From contig OZ024751.1 of NCBI GenBank assembly GCA_964016885.1, positions 4,774,001 to 4,838,000 of the forward strand: a stretch of 64,000 bases of DNA, written 5' to 3'. Made by a program: the position numbers and the translations under genes. The notes under the pieces are model-generated. The model did no database searches, was not told the origin of the DNA, and saw nothing but the letters and a program-made list of their open reading frames with translations. This stretch comes from Eledone cirrhosa. Lineage: Eukaryota. This document shows, in pieces, positions 30,001-40,958 of this stretch (positions are counted from its first letter, which is position 1; each line of letters begins with the position of its first letter).

Positions 30001-30620
30001 AGTCTCTTTACAGTGTCTTATGTCTGCCGAGTCTCTTTACAGTGTCTTATGTCTGCAGAGTCTCTTTACGGTGTCTTATGTCTGCAGAGTCTCTTTACAG
30101 TGTCTTATGTCTGCAGAGTCTCTTTACAGTGTCTTATGTCTGCCGAGTCTCTTTACGGTGTCTTATGTCTGCAGAGTCTCTTTACAGTGTCTTATGTCTG
30201 CAGAGTCTCTTTACAGTGTCTTATGTCTGCAGAGTCTCTTTACAGTGTCTTATGTCTGCAGAGTCTCTTTACAGTGCCTTATGTCTGCCGAGTCTCTTTA
30301 CAGTGTCTTATCTCTGCCGAGTCTCTTTACAGTGTCTTATGTCTGCAGAGTCTCTTTACAGTGTCTTATGTCTGCAGAGTCTCTTTACAGTGTCTTATGT
30401 CTGCAGAGTCTCTTTACAGTGTCTTATGTCTGCAGAGTCTCTTTACAGTGTCTTATGTCTGCCGAGTCTCTTTACAGTGTCTTATGTCTGCAGAGTCTCT
30501 TTACAGTGTCTTATGTCTGCCGAGTCTCTTTACAGTGTCTTATGTCTGCAGAGTCTCTTTACAGTGTCTTATGTCTGCAGAGTCTCTTTACAGTGTCTTA
30601 TGTCTGCAGAGTCTCTTTAC
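1..30620. repeat. 29-bp tandem satellite, ~1050 monomers, open at the left window edge
   Basis: Uninterrupted head-to-tail CAGAGTCTCTTTACAGTGTCTTATGTCTG with a common A/C dimorphism (GCAGAG vs GCCGAG) and rare recurrent variants; ends abruptly at ...TCTCTTTAC|CGACAT. Confidence 0.99.
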
Positions 30621-30717
30621 CGACATATTTTCGTAATAAATACTGCGATAATCTTTAAAAATACAACCTCAACACAGCTCACCTAAGTTCACGTTTTGTT
30701 TCAATTACTCTGAGAGT

Positions 30718-30718
<1 letters not shown>

Positions 30719-30793
<75 letters not shown>
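30719..30793. repeat. (CA)n microsatellite
   Basis: Direct sequence. Confidence 0.95.
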
Positions 30794-30794
<1 letters not shown>

Positions 30795-30799
30795 TGTAT

Positions 30800-30953
30800 A
30801 TAAATCAATATGGATACAGTAAAAACCTGTTTAGACCATTACTCACCGTCAGAGTACTCGATACCTGGGATAGTAGAGTATGGTTATATGAAAGAGTCAG
30901 GACCCCGACGGTAGAGCTCTTGCCGTTTCAACAGCTAGTTCCAATATATATAT
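30800..30953 (-). mobile_element. Family A PLE-like 3' end with half hammerhead
   Basis: Minus strand reads GAAACGGC-AAGAGCTCT-ACCGTC-GGGGTCCTGAC followed by a diverged version of the tail at 51390-51468. Confidence 0.6.
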
Positions 30954-30962
30954 ATATATATA

Positions 30963-31089
30963 TAGGAAAAAGTATGACCCCGACGGCAGAGCTCAAACCG
31001 TTTCGACGGCTATTTCTGGACTCTACTACCCTAAGTATTGAGTACTCTGGTGCGTTATGGTCCATCTGGTTCCTTACCACAATTCCTTT

Positions 31090-31092
<3 letters not shown>
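30963..31092. mobile_element. Family A inverted-junction mini insertion in (TA)n
   Basis: Antisense half-ribozyme piece (30963-31020) joined through an ACT microhomology to the sense tail CTCTACTACCCTAAGTATTGAG...; (TA)n on both sides. Confidence 0.65.
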
Positions 31093-31124
<32 letters not shown>

Positions 31125-31140
31125 AAACATATATATATAT

Positions 31141-31727
31141 ATAGTGAAAAATTGAACGGGAACAAAACAGAGAGGCAGTACGAACAAAGGTTTATTAATT
31201 TCACGCTCTTGAGAGTGGGGTGGTGGTGGGGAACGACGTTTCGGGCATAAGCCCTTCTTCAGGTGAAAAGTGTGTGGGAAGAGAGTTCAAAGGGTGTGTA
31301 GGGGAGTGGTGGAGAGACATATAGCAAAAAGGGGGTGAGAGAAAACGGTGCAAATGAAATAAAAAAAAAGGCATGATCAAAATAAAATTAAAATGGAGTA
31401 AAACAGGTGGTGGAAGGGTGTGGGGCGTGTAGGGGTGGTGGCGGGTGGAGTGGGGAGAGGGAGACGGGGTGTCCAAGCGGGGAGGGCTGAAGGTGGTGAG
31501 TGTGTGTAGGTGTACGTATGTGTGTGTGTGTTTATGTGAAAGCAAGGGTTGGGGGAAGAACGGGGTTGCATGTTCAGGAAGAGGTGTGTGTGGGGTGGGG
31601 TGTAGGTCGGAGTGTGTGTGCGTGTGTGGATAGAGGATTCCGGAGGCTGAATGTGTAAATATGTGGTGGTACGCACGTGTGTGTGTGGTGTTTATGCGTG
31701 TTGTGGATGTAGGTGGCGTGTGGGGAA
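31141..31727 (-). repeat. 3' pLTR of Neptune element
   Basis: Near-identical to 35359-35960 and 41675-42250. Confidence 0.9.
31233..31265 (-). ncRNA. Minimal type I hammerhead ribozyme motif
   Basis: Minus: CUGAAGA-A-GGGC-UUAU-GCCC-GAAAC-GUC; core boxes, 4-bp stem II and palindromic ACGU stem III as in PLE minimal hammerheads. Confidence 0.8.
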
Positions 31728-32708
31728 AAAAATTTTTTTGGGTGTATGTCCGGGGGTGAGTCGTAAAGGTAATTCCGTAAAAGGATGTGGTGGAATGCTG
31801 AGAAAAATCCTGGGATGCGGTAGATTCTCGGGATCAAGGTTCACATATGTGTAATCCGTGAAGAGATTGGTCGGAAGAGAGATGTGGGGTGCGCGCTCAA
31901 CAGGAAGTGGTCAGAGGGTCAAGGCAGGAGGAGGGTTGTGTGTCTGTGTGTGCGGGGAGGTGGTCAGAGAGGCATAGCAGCAGTAGGGTAGAATGGTAAG
32001 TGAAGGTGTGTCAGTGTGTGCGGAGGTGCAGTGGACAGGGGAGAGGATGGGTAGGTGTGAAAGTTGGAGTGAGGAGGGGTTGTGTGTGTATTAGTAGAGG
32101 TGTTAGTGGGATGTGTGAGTGTTTGAGAAAGGGTGTGGGTGGAGCGGGGAGAGAAGGGTGTGGGGGCTGATGGAGGGAGTGTAGTGTACTGGTGTGTGTG
32201 TGTGGTGAAGGGGGTGTTAGTGGGTGTTAGTATACTGGAGGTGGAGAAAGGGTTGAATGCGGGTGTGAGTGGGGGTCAGTGGTGGTCGGGTGTGTAGAGT
32301 GGGTGGTGTAAGAGGGTGTGTGTGTTCGTGTGCGTTAGGTTGGGGGTGTTAGTGATGTTAGTTGCGTGTAGAGTAGGTGGTGTAAGTGGGTGTGTGTGTT
32401 CGTGTGCTTGGGATCAGGGGGTGTTAGTGATGTTAGTTGCGGGGTGGTGGGGTGGATGTGTGGGGGTGAGGGTTAGTGGTGGTAGTAGGGTGTGTGTTTA
32501 GTGTGAGCGCGTGTATATATGTACCGGTGTGTGTGTGCGTGTGATAAGGAGGGGGGAGGAGAAGAAGGGAGGGATGTTAGTATGTTAGTTGGGGAAGGGT
32601 GGTCGGATGTGGGGTGGAGGTCTTAGTATTGTTAGTTGTGGGGTGGGCGGTGAAAAGGAGGGGTGTGTTAGTGGGGGATATGTGTGGGGATAGGGGGGCA
32701 GTCGAAGG

Positions 32709-34931
32709 TTAAAGGAATAAGGGTGGGGAGTTCAGGCCGGGGGAGTGTGGGTCTGTAGGGTGAAGATGGTTCGTTGTTCGACTCTTAGGAGATTGGCGGA
32801 TGTTCCGTGGCATTGGAGTAGGCCACAGACTGTGAGGTGGTGTGCGGAATGTCCAGGGGCACCAAAGTGGCGGGCGATGGGGGAACTACCACCGAGACGA
32901 ATATCCCGGAGGTGCTCAGTAAATCTGTCCGCCAGGCAACGTCCAGTCTGTCCGATATAAGTCGAGCTGCACTCCGTGCAGCGAAGTCCGTAGACTAGGT
33001 TGGAGGAGTTGCAGCGGAAGGCATGCCGGACAGAGAGAGAGTGGCCGTTGGGACTCTGGAAGGTGGTGGTGTTGGTGATGTTGGGACAGGTGTTGCAGTG
33101 GGGCCTAGAACAGGGAAAGGACCGGGGGGGGTAGGGAGCTGTGGAGGTGGAGGGTGCGGAGATTGCGTGCGCGTTTGAAGGAGGGGAGTGGTGGGGCTGG
33201 GAAGATGTGGGAGGTGGAGGGGTCGGACTGGAGGCGTCGGAAGAGGCGGAGGATGGTGCGGTGGAGGGGTATGGTGGAGGGGTGGTAGGTGATGGGGAAG
33301 GGGAGACGGTGGGTGGGTGTGCGGTGGCGTGGGGTGATGGTGGTAGGGCGGTGGACAGTACGGGCGCGGGTGAGAGCGGTGTGGACGAGAGAGGGGGGTA
33401 ACCTCTGCGGATGAAATGGCTGACTAGGGAAAGAGCCTGGGACTCAAAGTCAGCATCTCGGCTACAGAGGCGGCGGATCCTGAGGAGTTGGGAGTAGGGA
33501 ATAGTGTTTAGTGTGTGTGGGGTGGGAAGAGGTGAACGAGGTAGGAGTGGGAGTCGGTGGGTTTGAAGAAGGCGGAGGTGACGAGGGAGTGGTGGGAGGG
33601 GTCGAAGGCGACGGAGATGTCTAAGAAGTGGACGTGGGTGGTGGAGATAGAGGTGGTGAAGTGGAGGGAGGGGTGGAAGGAGCAGAAGAAGGAGAGAAAG
33701 TAGTCGAGCTGTTCTCGGGTGAGGGTCGTGGCTCCGATACAGTCGTCGATGTAACGACCGTACAGTTCGGGCGTGGGGCCGGTGTACTGCACAAAGATTT
33801 GGGCCTCAACATGGCCAACAAAAAGGTTGGCATAGTTTGGGCCCATTATTGTACCCATGGCTACCCCCGTGACCTGTTGGTAAAACTCACCCGAGAAGGA
33901 GAAACAGTTGAGGGTGAGGACCAGCTCGGCGAGGCGAAGGAGGGTGGGGGTGGAGGGGATGGAGGAGGGGCGAAGGTCGAGGTAGTGTTTGAGGGCGAGT
34001 AGGCCGTCGGCGTGGGGGATGACGGTATAGAGGGATTTGATGTCTAGGGTGAAGAGGAACGGCTGTGGGCCGGGTGGGTAGGTGAAGGAGTCGAAAAGGC
34101 GTAGGGCGTGGTTGGTGTCAGAGATGTGGGAGGGGAGGGTGGTGACAAGGGGGGGGGGGCGAGGATGGAGTCGAGAAAAGCGGAGATGAGTTCGGTGGGG
34201 CAGTTGCAAGCGGAGACGATGGGGTTGTCGGGTTTGTGGAGTTTGGGGAGGAAGTAGATGGTGGGGGTGCGGAGGGTGCGGGGGGGGGGGTACGGACGAT
34301 TAGCTGGGAAGCGGTGGGGGGGGGGGGAGAAGACAAGGTGTTGGATGGTGGAGGAAACTTGTTGTTGGTAGAGGGGTGTGGGTCGAGGGAGGAGTGGAGA
34401 GTGGTGGGGATGGGTGTGGGGGGCTCATAGGGATGGGCGGGTGGTGGTGGATGGGGGTGGTTGGGAGAGTGAGTGTAGCTTGCGGGCTTTGGTGGAGGTG
34501 AGGAAGGAGAAGAGGTCGTGGTTGAGGTTTTGGATGAAGAGGAGGATGGCTTGGGCGAGGAGGGCGTGGCAGGTGGAGTTAAGGCGGAGGAGGGTGGGGG
34601 TCAGTTGGTGGTCAAGTTTGCGGAGGGTGGAACGGGAAGCGCGGATGGAGTTGCGCATTAGGAGGCGTGAGGATCGGGTGAGGATACGTTGCGTGGAGGG
34701 GGAAGCGGGTGGGGGGGGGGGAGTGTGGAAGTGTAGACGGAAGCCGAGGGGGATAAGGTGGAGGCGGAGGCAGTGGCTGAGGAAATGGATGTGGCTGGAG
34801 TGCCGGGTTTTGGCGAAGAGAAGGTAGGAGAGTTGAAGGGCAGAGGAGAGATAGCAGGGTGGGAGGAGGGGGGTGAGGAAAAGTTTGAGGCTAGTGTGTA
34901 GTTGGTGGAGAAAGGATCTCAGGCTGGGCAT
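32709..34931 (-). pseudogene. Neptune PLE polyprotein (RT, Cys-rich linker, GIY-YIG endonuclease), frameshifted
   Basis: YFLPKLHKP, LDIKSLYT, GVAMGTIMGPNYANLF, RYIDD, FFKPTD; linker PCSRPHCNTC; EN NLVYGLRCTECSSTYIGQTGRCLADRFTEH. ATG at 34931 in GCCCACCATG context. Has frameshifts and small deletions (GRP missing after KPDNP). Confidence 0.92.
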
Positions 34932-35358
34932 GGTGGGCGTTGGCTGAAAGCAGGGGGAGGGATGAGAAAGCAGATGTGTGAAGCGGGGTGGTGTTGAACG
35001 AAGGAATGAGTGCGAAGGATAGGCAGAGACGGGGAAGGGAAAATGAAACAGAAAAACATAAGGAGGGGAGAGTATACACAGGAAAATCAAAGACAAAAAA
35101 TCATAAACGTAAAAACACAGGCAATCGTTGACAAAAAATCATAGAAAGAAATAAAATCGTAAAAACACAGGCAAAAAATCATATACAGAAATAAACAAGT
35201 ACAGTAAAAAAATCAAACAAAGGTAATGCGTGGAAGGAAAAAACAAGTGTGGGAAGGTGTGTAGAAAGTTCAGAGAGTGGTCACGGCGGATTAGATCGGG
35301 GTTGAGCCGGTAGTCAGGTTATATTCCAAAGGTTTGGAAGCCGTGTGAGCGTGTATTG

Positions 35359-35960
35359 TATAGTGAAAAATTGAACGGGAACAAAACAGAGAGGCAGTAC
35401 GAACAAAGGTTTATTAATTTCACGCTCTTGAGAGTAGGGTGGTGGTGGGGAACGACGTTTCGGGCATAATCCCTTCTTCAGGTGAAAAGTGTGTGGGAAG
35501 AGAGTTCAAAGGGTGTGAGGGGAGTGGTGGAGAGACATATAGCAAAAAGGGGGTGAGAGGAAACGGTGCAAATGAAATTAAAAATAAAGGCATGATCAAA
35601 ATAAAATTAAAATGGAGTAAAACAGGTGGTGGAAGGATGTGGGGCGTGTAGGGGTGGTGGCGGGTGGAGTGGGGAGAGGGAGACGGGGAGGGCTGAAGGT
35701 GGTCTGTGTGTGTAGGTGTACGTGTGTGTGTGTGTGTGTAGGTGTACGTGTGTGTGTGTGTATGTGAAAGCAAGGGTTGGGGGAAGAACGGGGTTGCATG
35801 TTCAGGAAGAGGTGTGTGTGGGGTGGGGTGTAGGTCGGAGTGTGTGTGCGTGTGTGGTTAGAGGGATGGGGGAGAGGATTCCGGAGGCTGAATGTGTAAA
35901 TATGTGGTGGTACGCACGTGTGTGTTTATGCGTGTTGTGGATGTAGGTGGCGTGTGGGAA
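35359..35960 (-). repeat. 5' pLTR of Neptune element
   Basis: Direct repeat of 31141-31727. Confidence 0.9.
35452..35484 (-). ncRNA. Hammerhead motif in 5' pLTR
   Basis: CUGAAGA-A-GGGA-UUAU-GCCC-GAAAC-GUC (one stem II mismatch). Confidence 0.72.
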
Positions 35961-35974
35961 ATGATATATCATTA

Positions 35975-36234
35975 TCTATAAAAGGCAGATTGTTGTTGTT
36001 TGTGTGTGAGTGTGTGTGCATGTTCCATGTTTATACATTTGCACAATTTCAAACCGATTCGACTCAAAGTCTGTAAGAATGTTGTAAATGGTGTAACGTA
36101 GGTTAACGACTATTTATTTCATTCACCCTCACCCACAATTACGGAAATAATCGATAAATCTTAATACATGACGCTTTACCCCTCTAATACAATCATACTC
36201 CTCTCTCTACTCCCCTTCAACTTTAAAAGAGAGA

Positions 36235-36311
<77 letters not shown>

Positions 36312-37258
36312 TTTGTTTTTGAGTGTGGAACGGTCAAACATTTATTTACTTCAATGACAAAGAGAACTTATTACATTTCATACGAAACAACAATTATTCA
36401 AAAGCAACAGATAAATTTATTCAACAACAAAAAAAATAGCGAAAAATCTTTTTTAAAACATCTATCAACGAACGTGGAAGAAAGAAGTATCAGTTCATTT
36501 ACTATACACAATAATATCCTCTATGAGGTCACTAAACCTGCTAGAAACACCAGCTAACTCTCCCCCATATCACACCACTCCCTACTGTCTTAAATTTAGA
36601 AAACATATCCTCTATGAGGTCACTAAACCTGCTAGAAACAGCAGCTAACTCTCCCCCATATTCAAAAGCAACAGATAAATTTATTCAACAACAAAAAAAA
36701 ATAGCGATAAATCTTTTTTAAAACATCTATCAACGAACGTGAAAGAAAGAAGTATCAGTTCATTTACTATACACAATAATATCCTCTATGTGGACACTAA
36801 ACCTGCTAGAAACAGCAGCTAACTCTCCCCCATATCACATCACTCCCTACTGTCTTAAATTTAGAAAACATATCCTCTATGAGGTCACTAAACCTGCTAG
36901 AAACAGCAGCTAACTCTCCCCCATATCACACCCCTCCCTACTGTCTTAAATTTAGAAAACACACGTTAGACAACCATGCAGAACAACTCCATCGCAGCTC
37001 TGTTGTTCGGCTGGCATCGTCTACGCGCGTGTTGCGCAAGTACTGTGAAACAATAAATTTCAACACTTCTTTGCACAGAGATAATATCCATAGGCGAAAC
37101 TACAATTGTCACTGCTGGCGCAGCTCCTGCTTCGGCAGTCCAGGTCTGCAATTCATTCACCCAGTGCCTGGCAGACAAAAAAGTGCTGCCATAAAATGGG
37201 TTGTGCAACCTAACTTTGGTTACTTACTGACCCGAGCAACGCCGGGCTTTAATGCTAG
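35975..37258 (+). mobile_element. Non-autonomous Helitron
   Basis: 5' TCTATAAAAG... after A; subterminal hairpin CCCGAGCAACGCCGGG; 3' CTAG followed by T; internal (GA)n and tandem duplications. Confidence 0.75.
36397..36961. repeat. Nested tandem duplication inside Helitron (~265-bp unit containing ~90-bp subunits)
   Basis: TTCAAAAGCAACAGATAAA at 36397 and 36661; ATATCCTCTATG...CACTAAACCTGCTAGAAAC four times. Confidence 0.85.
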
Positions 37259-37302
37259 TATATATATATATATATATCATAGATATAGATATATATCATA
37301 TA

Positions 37303-38029
37303 TAAATATAAGTATGTATACGTACATACATATATGTTTACAGACATACATGCACACATATATGTATGGGTTTACCGAACATTTATTATAATGTTCGGTT
37401 TGTTTGTAAACAAACAACCCGAATTAAGCCGTACAGTGTTCGGCAACCATCGTTGTCCTTTTGTTCAACACTGACAAAGGAACGATGGAATAGTTTCTAG
37501 CTTATTAGCTATCATCAGCGCACCGTATACGTTCCTGTCAATCGATTGAACGTTTGAAAGTATATACTTTCCTCATGCATATTAACGGCTGAGTAGCCTA
37601 ATTTGCATATCGAGTGAGTTAGTCGGCCGGGCGTACCGATAACGATAAATGGAAAAAGTGAAATTTCATTTCTCACTCTTAGTACGGCTGATACTTAAAT
37701 ATAAGTATGTATACGTACATACATATAAGTGTACAGACGCACAGTAGTTTGTATATATATACATACATGCACACACACATATATATATATGTACGTATGA
37801 GTTTACCGAACATTTATTATAATGTTCGGTTTGTTTGTAAACAAACAGCCCGAATTAAGCCGTACAGTGTTCGGCAACCATCGTTGCCCTTTTGTTCAAC
37901 ACTGACAAAGGAACGATGTAAGTACGTATACATACTTATATATACTTATATATGTATGTACGTATACATACTTATATTTAAGTATCAGCCGTACTAAGAG
38001 TGAGAAATGAAATTTCATTTTTTCCATTT

Positions 38030-38032
<3 letters not shown>
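37303..38032 (-). mobile_element. Non-coding ~0.4-kb hammerhead-bearing partial tandem unit with inverted arm (retrozyme or mini-PLE-like)
   Basis: Direct repeat 37371-37487 / 37802-37918 (offset 431); inverted repeat 37644-37735 / ~37940-38032; hammerhead at 37482-37526; (TA)-rich flanks. Confidence 0.72.
37482..37526 (-). ncRNA. Type I hammerhead ribozyme motif
   Basis: ACGGUG-CG-CUGAUGA-UAGCU-AAUA-AGCUA-GAAACUAUUC/CAUCGU; perfect 5-bp stem II and a plausible bulged stem I. Confidence 0.75.
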
Positions 38033-38076
<44 letters not shown>

Positions 38077-38099
38077 TATATATATGGTATATATATATT

Positions 38100-38335
38100 A
38101 TGTGGTGTGCATGAGAGAAGACTGAGATGGTATGGACATGTGATGCGTATGGAAGATGACCGCTGAGTAAAGAAGTGCCAAGAAATCCCAGTAGAAGGAA
38201 GACCACGAAAGTCCTGGGCGGAGGCGGTGAGAGAAGACCTCAGATCGCTGAAACTCAAGGAGGAGATGACGAAGGACCGTGACAAGTAAAGAGATGGTGT
38301 GCAAGGAAAAGCGGACGTAAAATAATGATGATGAT
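38100..38335 (+). mobile_element. RTE-clade LINE 3' fragment
   Basis: RRLRWYGHVMRMEDDR*VKKC...GRPRKSWAEAVREDL...TKDRDK*R, then an (ATG)n tail. Confidence 0.85.
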
Positions 38336-38409
38336 ATATATATCATATATATTTCTGCTGGTCTTACCAGTTGCTAATACTATCTATCGGTCGCAACTCC
38401 AGGTAGAAG

Positions 38410-38528
38410 GAGCCACGTGAAATAAAGTGTCTTGCTCAAAGACAAAACGCATCGCCCGGTCCAGGAATCGAACTCACAACCTCAAGATTGTGAATCCAAT
38501 TCTCTAAACACTCAGCCACACGCCTTCA
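38410..38528 (-). mobile_element. tRNA-derived SINE head with CORE-like segment
   Basis: Minus: GGCGTGTGGCTGAGTG (A box), GAGTTCGATTCC (B box), TTGAGCAAGACACTTTATTTCAC. Confidence 0.75.
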
Positions 38529-38539
38529 CTATCACATAC

Positions 38540-38741
<202 letters not shown>

Positions 38742-38795
38742 GTATATGGTACTTTATTGACTCCGTAAGGTAAAGTTAAACTCGGCGGGAGGGTC

Positions 38796-38847
<52 letters not shown>

Positions 38848-39850
38848 GACCCCTAACGTTCTGAGTTCAATAAAGTACCATATTGCTCTGACGTAATTGC
38901 TGGCATTGTGCCAAAAGAAGAAATAATTATGCTTTTGTCTATCTTTTATTATTTTAATTTAAACCGTAAGACAAGCATTTTTCTTTTCGTTTATTTATTT
39001 TTTTTTTTTTTAGATAATTAGTACATAGTAATTAGATTTTTACAATATCGATTTTAAGAATATATAATTATGGTTTCTTAAATGCTGCCTTATTATATTA
39101 CAAGCAACTTAATCGGGCCTTTCAACATGAAAAGGTTCCCTCCCTCTGCTTTAGACATTCTGAATGAAATATATCGTATTCTTCCGTGTATTGAAGGCTT
39201 CCGTGTATTGGACGCCCTCTTGACCAGGAAAATTTCAGGAAAAACCTAATTTTTGTGTATAAACATTTAGTTATGGTGTATCCCGCACCCCTCAAACAAA
39301 CAAGAATAAAAGTGAAAAACACTGTACCGTATAGGCAGAAGAACGTGGTGAGACAACAACTGCAACAACATTAACCTTAACCAACGACAGAGCCTCGTTG
39401 CTAGAAATGGTAGCCAAATTCCTTGAAATACATGTTACTGTCAACGCCCCCGTCCGACGGGGAGATCTCCCACCCACTTTGGGGTGGGTGAGAGATGTCT
39501 TCTGGGTATAGCTTACATTATGTAAAATCTCCCCATTTTGCCTCATTTCTCCCTATTTTGGGGCCCTTTTTTTCATGGTATTTCCCGTTTGTTGGCAGGT
39601 TTGCTGTTGTGAAAAAAAAAAGAAAAAGCACACGGTCAAAACCAGCCCTGTCTCTCTAAAATAAGACCAGCCATATTAAAGGGTTCCTATCGAAATAAAA
39701 GTCTTCCAACGTGATTTTATATAAGGACCATATATTGAATTACAATCTTACTAATGAAATAATAATTTTAGTTAATCTCTCATAATTCTTTCTTAATTGA
39801 TTGCGATAGAGAGCATTTCATTAGAAACACGGCCACAAAAGGGTTAAAAC

Positions 39851-40428
39851 GTTGTAGTTGTCGTTCTTGTTGTTATTGCTGTTGCCGTTGTTGTAGTTGT
39901 TGCTGGTGATGCTGTTGTTGTCGTTGTTGCTGTCGTTGTTGTTGTTGCTGTCGTTGTTGCTGTCGTTGATGCTGTTGTTGTTGTTGTTGTTGTTGCTGTT
40001 GTTGTTGTGCTGTCGTTGTTGTGCTGTTGCTGTTGTTGTTGTTGCTGTTGTTGTGCTGTCATTGATGCTGTTGTTGTTGCTGTTGTTGTTGCTGTTGTTG
40101 TTGTTGTTGCTGTTGTTGTTGTTGCTGTCGTTGTTGCTGTCGTTGTTGTTGCTGTTGCTGTTGTTGCTGTCGTTGTTGTTGCTGTTGTTGTCGTTATTGT
40201 TGCTGTTGTTGTCGTTGTTGTTGCTGTCGTTGTTGCTGTCGCTGTCGTTGTTGCTGTTGTTGTCGTTACTGTTGTCGTTGTTACTGTTGTTGTTCTTGTT
40301 GCTGTCGTTGTTGTTGCTGTTGTTGTTGCTGTCGTTGTTGCTGTTGTTGTTGTTGCTGTCGTCGTTGTTTCTGTTGTTGCTGTCGTTGTTGCTGTCGCTG
40401 TTGTTGTTGCTGCTGCTACTGTTGCTGT
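39851..40428. repeat. Degenerate (GTT/GCT/GTC)n triplet repeat
   Basis: Direct sequence. Confidence 0.95.
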
Positions 40429-40668
40429 GTCGCCTCTATAGCAGTCATTGGAGTATTACTAGTTTTGTAGTCATGGTGGAAATTGTAAAGTTGTATTAAA
40501 TAAGCTAAGATGTAGATATATAATTATATCAAATAAACAGAGACTTAATCCCCGGATCACTCAGTTTATCTTACAGTGACTCAGGTAATCTCTGGGGATT
40601 GTATTACCTATTATTTTCAAACGGGAATAAAACACACACACACACACACACACATGTATGTATTTATG

Positions 40669-40702
<34 letters not shown>

Positions 40703-40719
40703 TATATGTGTGCATATAT

Positions 40720-40753
<34 letters not shown>

Positions 40754-40795
40754 GTATTTATGTATGTATGTATGTATTTATGTATGTATGTATGG

Positions 40796-40840
<45 letters not shown>

Positions 40841-40863
40841 TTTTATGAAGGCTAAATAGTCAG

Positions 40864-40916
40864 TCTTGTTACTGTGGAGTATCGCCTGTTGATCACGGGG
40901 TGGTCTTCAGACAAGA
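40864..40916 (-). ncRNA. Degenerate hammerhead in an ~90-bp island between (TA)n tracts
   Basis: UCUUGU-CUGAAGA...GAUAC-UCCACA-GUA/ACAAGA; perfect 6-bp stem I; GAAAC mutated to GAUAC. Confidence 0.6.
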
Positions 40917-40920
40917 ACAT

Positions 40921-40956
<36 letters not shown>

Positions 40957-40958
<2 letters not shown>

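Larger units (their letters stand above)
31141..35960 (-). mobile_element. Neptune-type Penelope-like retroelement with direct pseudo-LTRs
   Basis: ~600-bp direct repeats (31141-31727 and 35359-35960), each with a hammerhead, flank an RT plus GIY-YIG frame; the 3' end abuts (TA)n. Confidence 0.92.

Noticed and set aside
1-30620. CRISPR-like array (29-bp repeat) or a binary code
   Set aside because: No spacers and no cas genes; the variant order is explained by block duplication.
16-30686. Giant ORFs up to 6471 aa
   Set aside because: A stop-free 29-bp unit gives the same 29-aa peptide in all three frames; indels switch frames freely and there is no codon-position constraint.
36879-37391. 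170-aa ORF as a Helitron-captured gene
   Set aside because: Starts in a tandem repeat, runs through the Helitron end into (TA)n, and shows no recognisable domain.
38440-38528. tRNA gene
   Set aside because: A and B boxes are present but there is no full cloverleaf, and the sequence continues into a SINE body.
39170-39605. Possible DNA-transposon ends (TATCGTATTCTTCCGTG; GTTGGCAGGTTTG)
   Set aside because: No matching partner TIR or TSD could be identified.
39844-40499. Poly-Leu/Val/Thr ORFs, and similar ORFs at 53991-54270, 55045-55921 and over (TA)n/(CA)n
   Set aside because: Translations of simple repeats.
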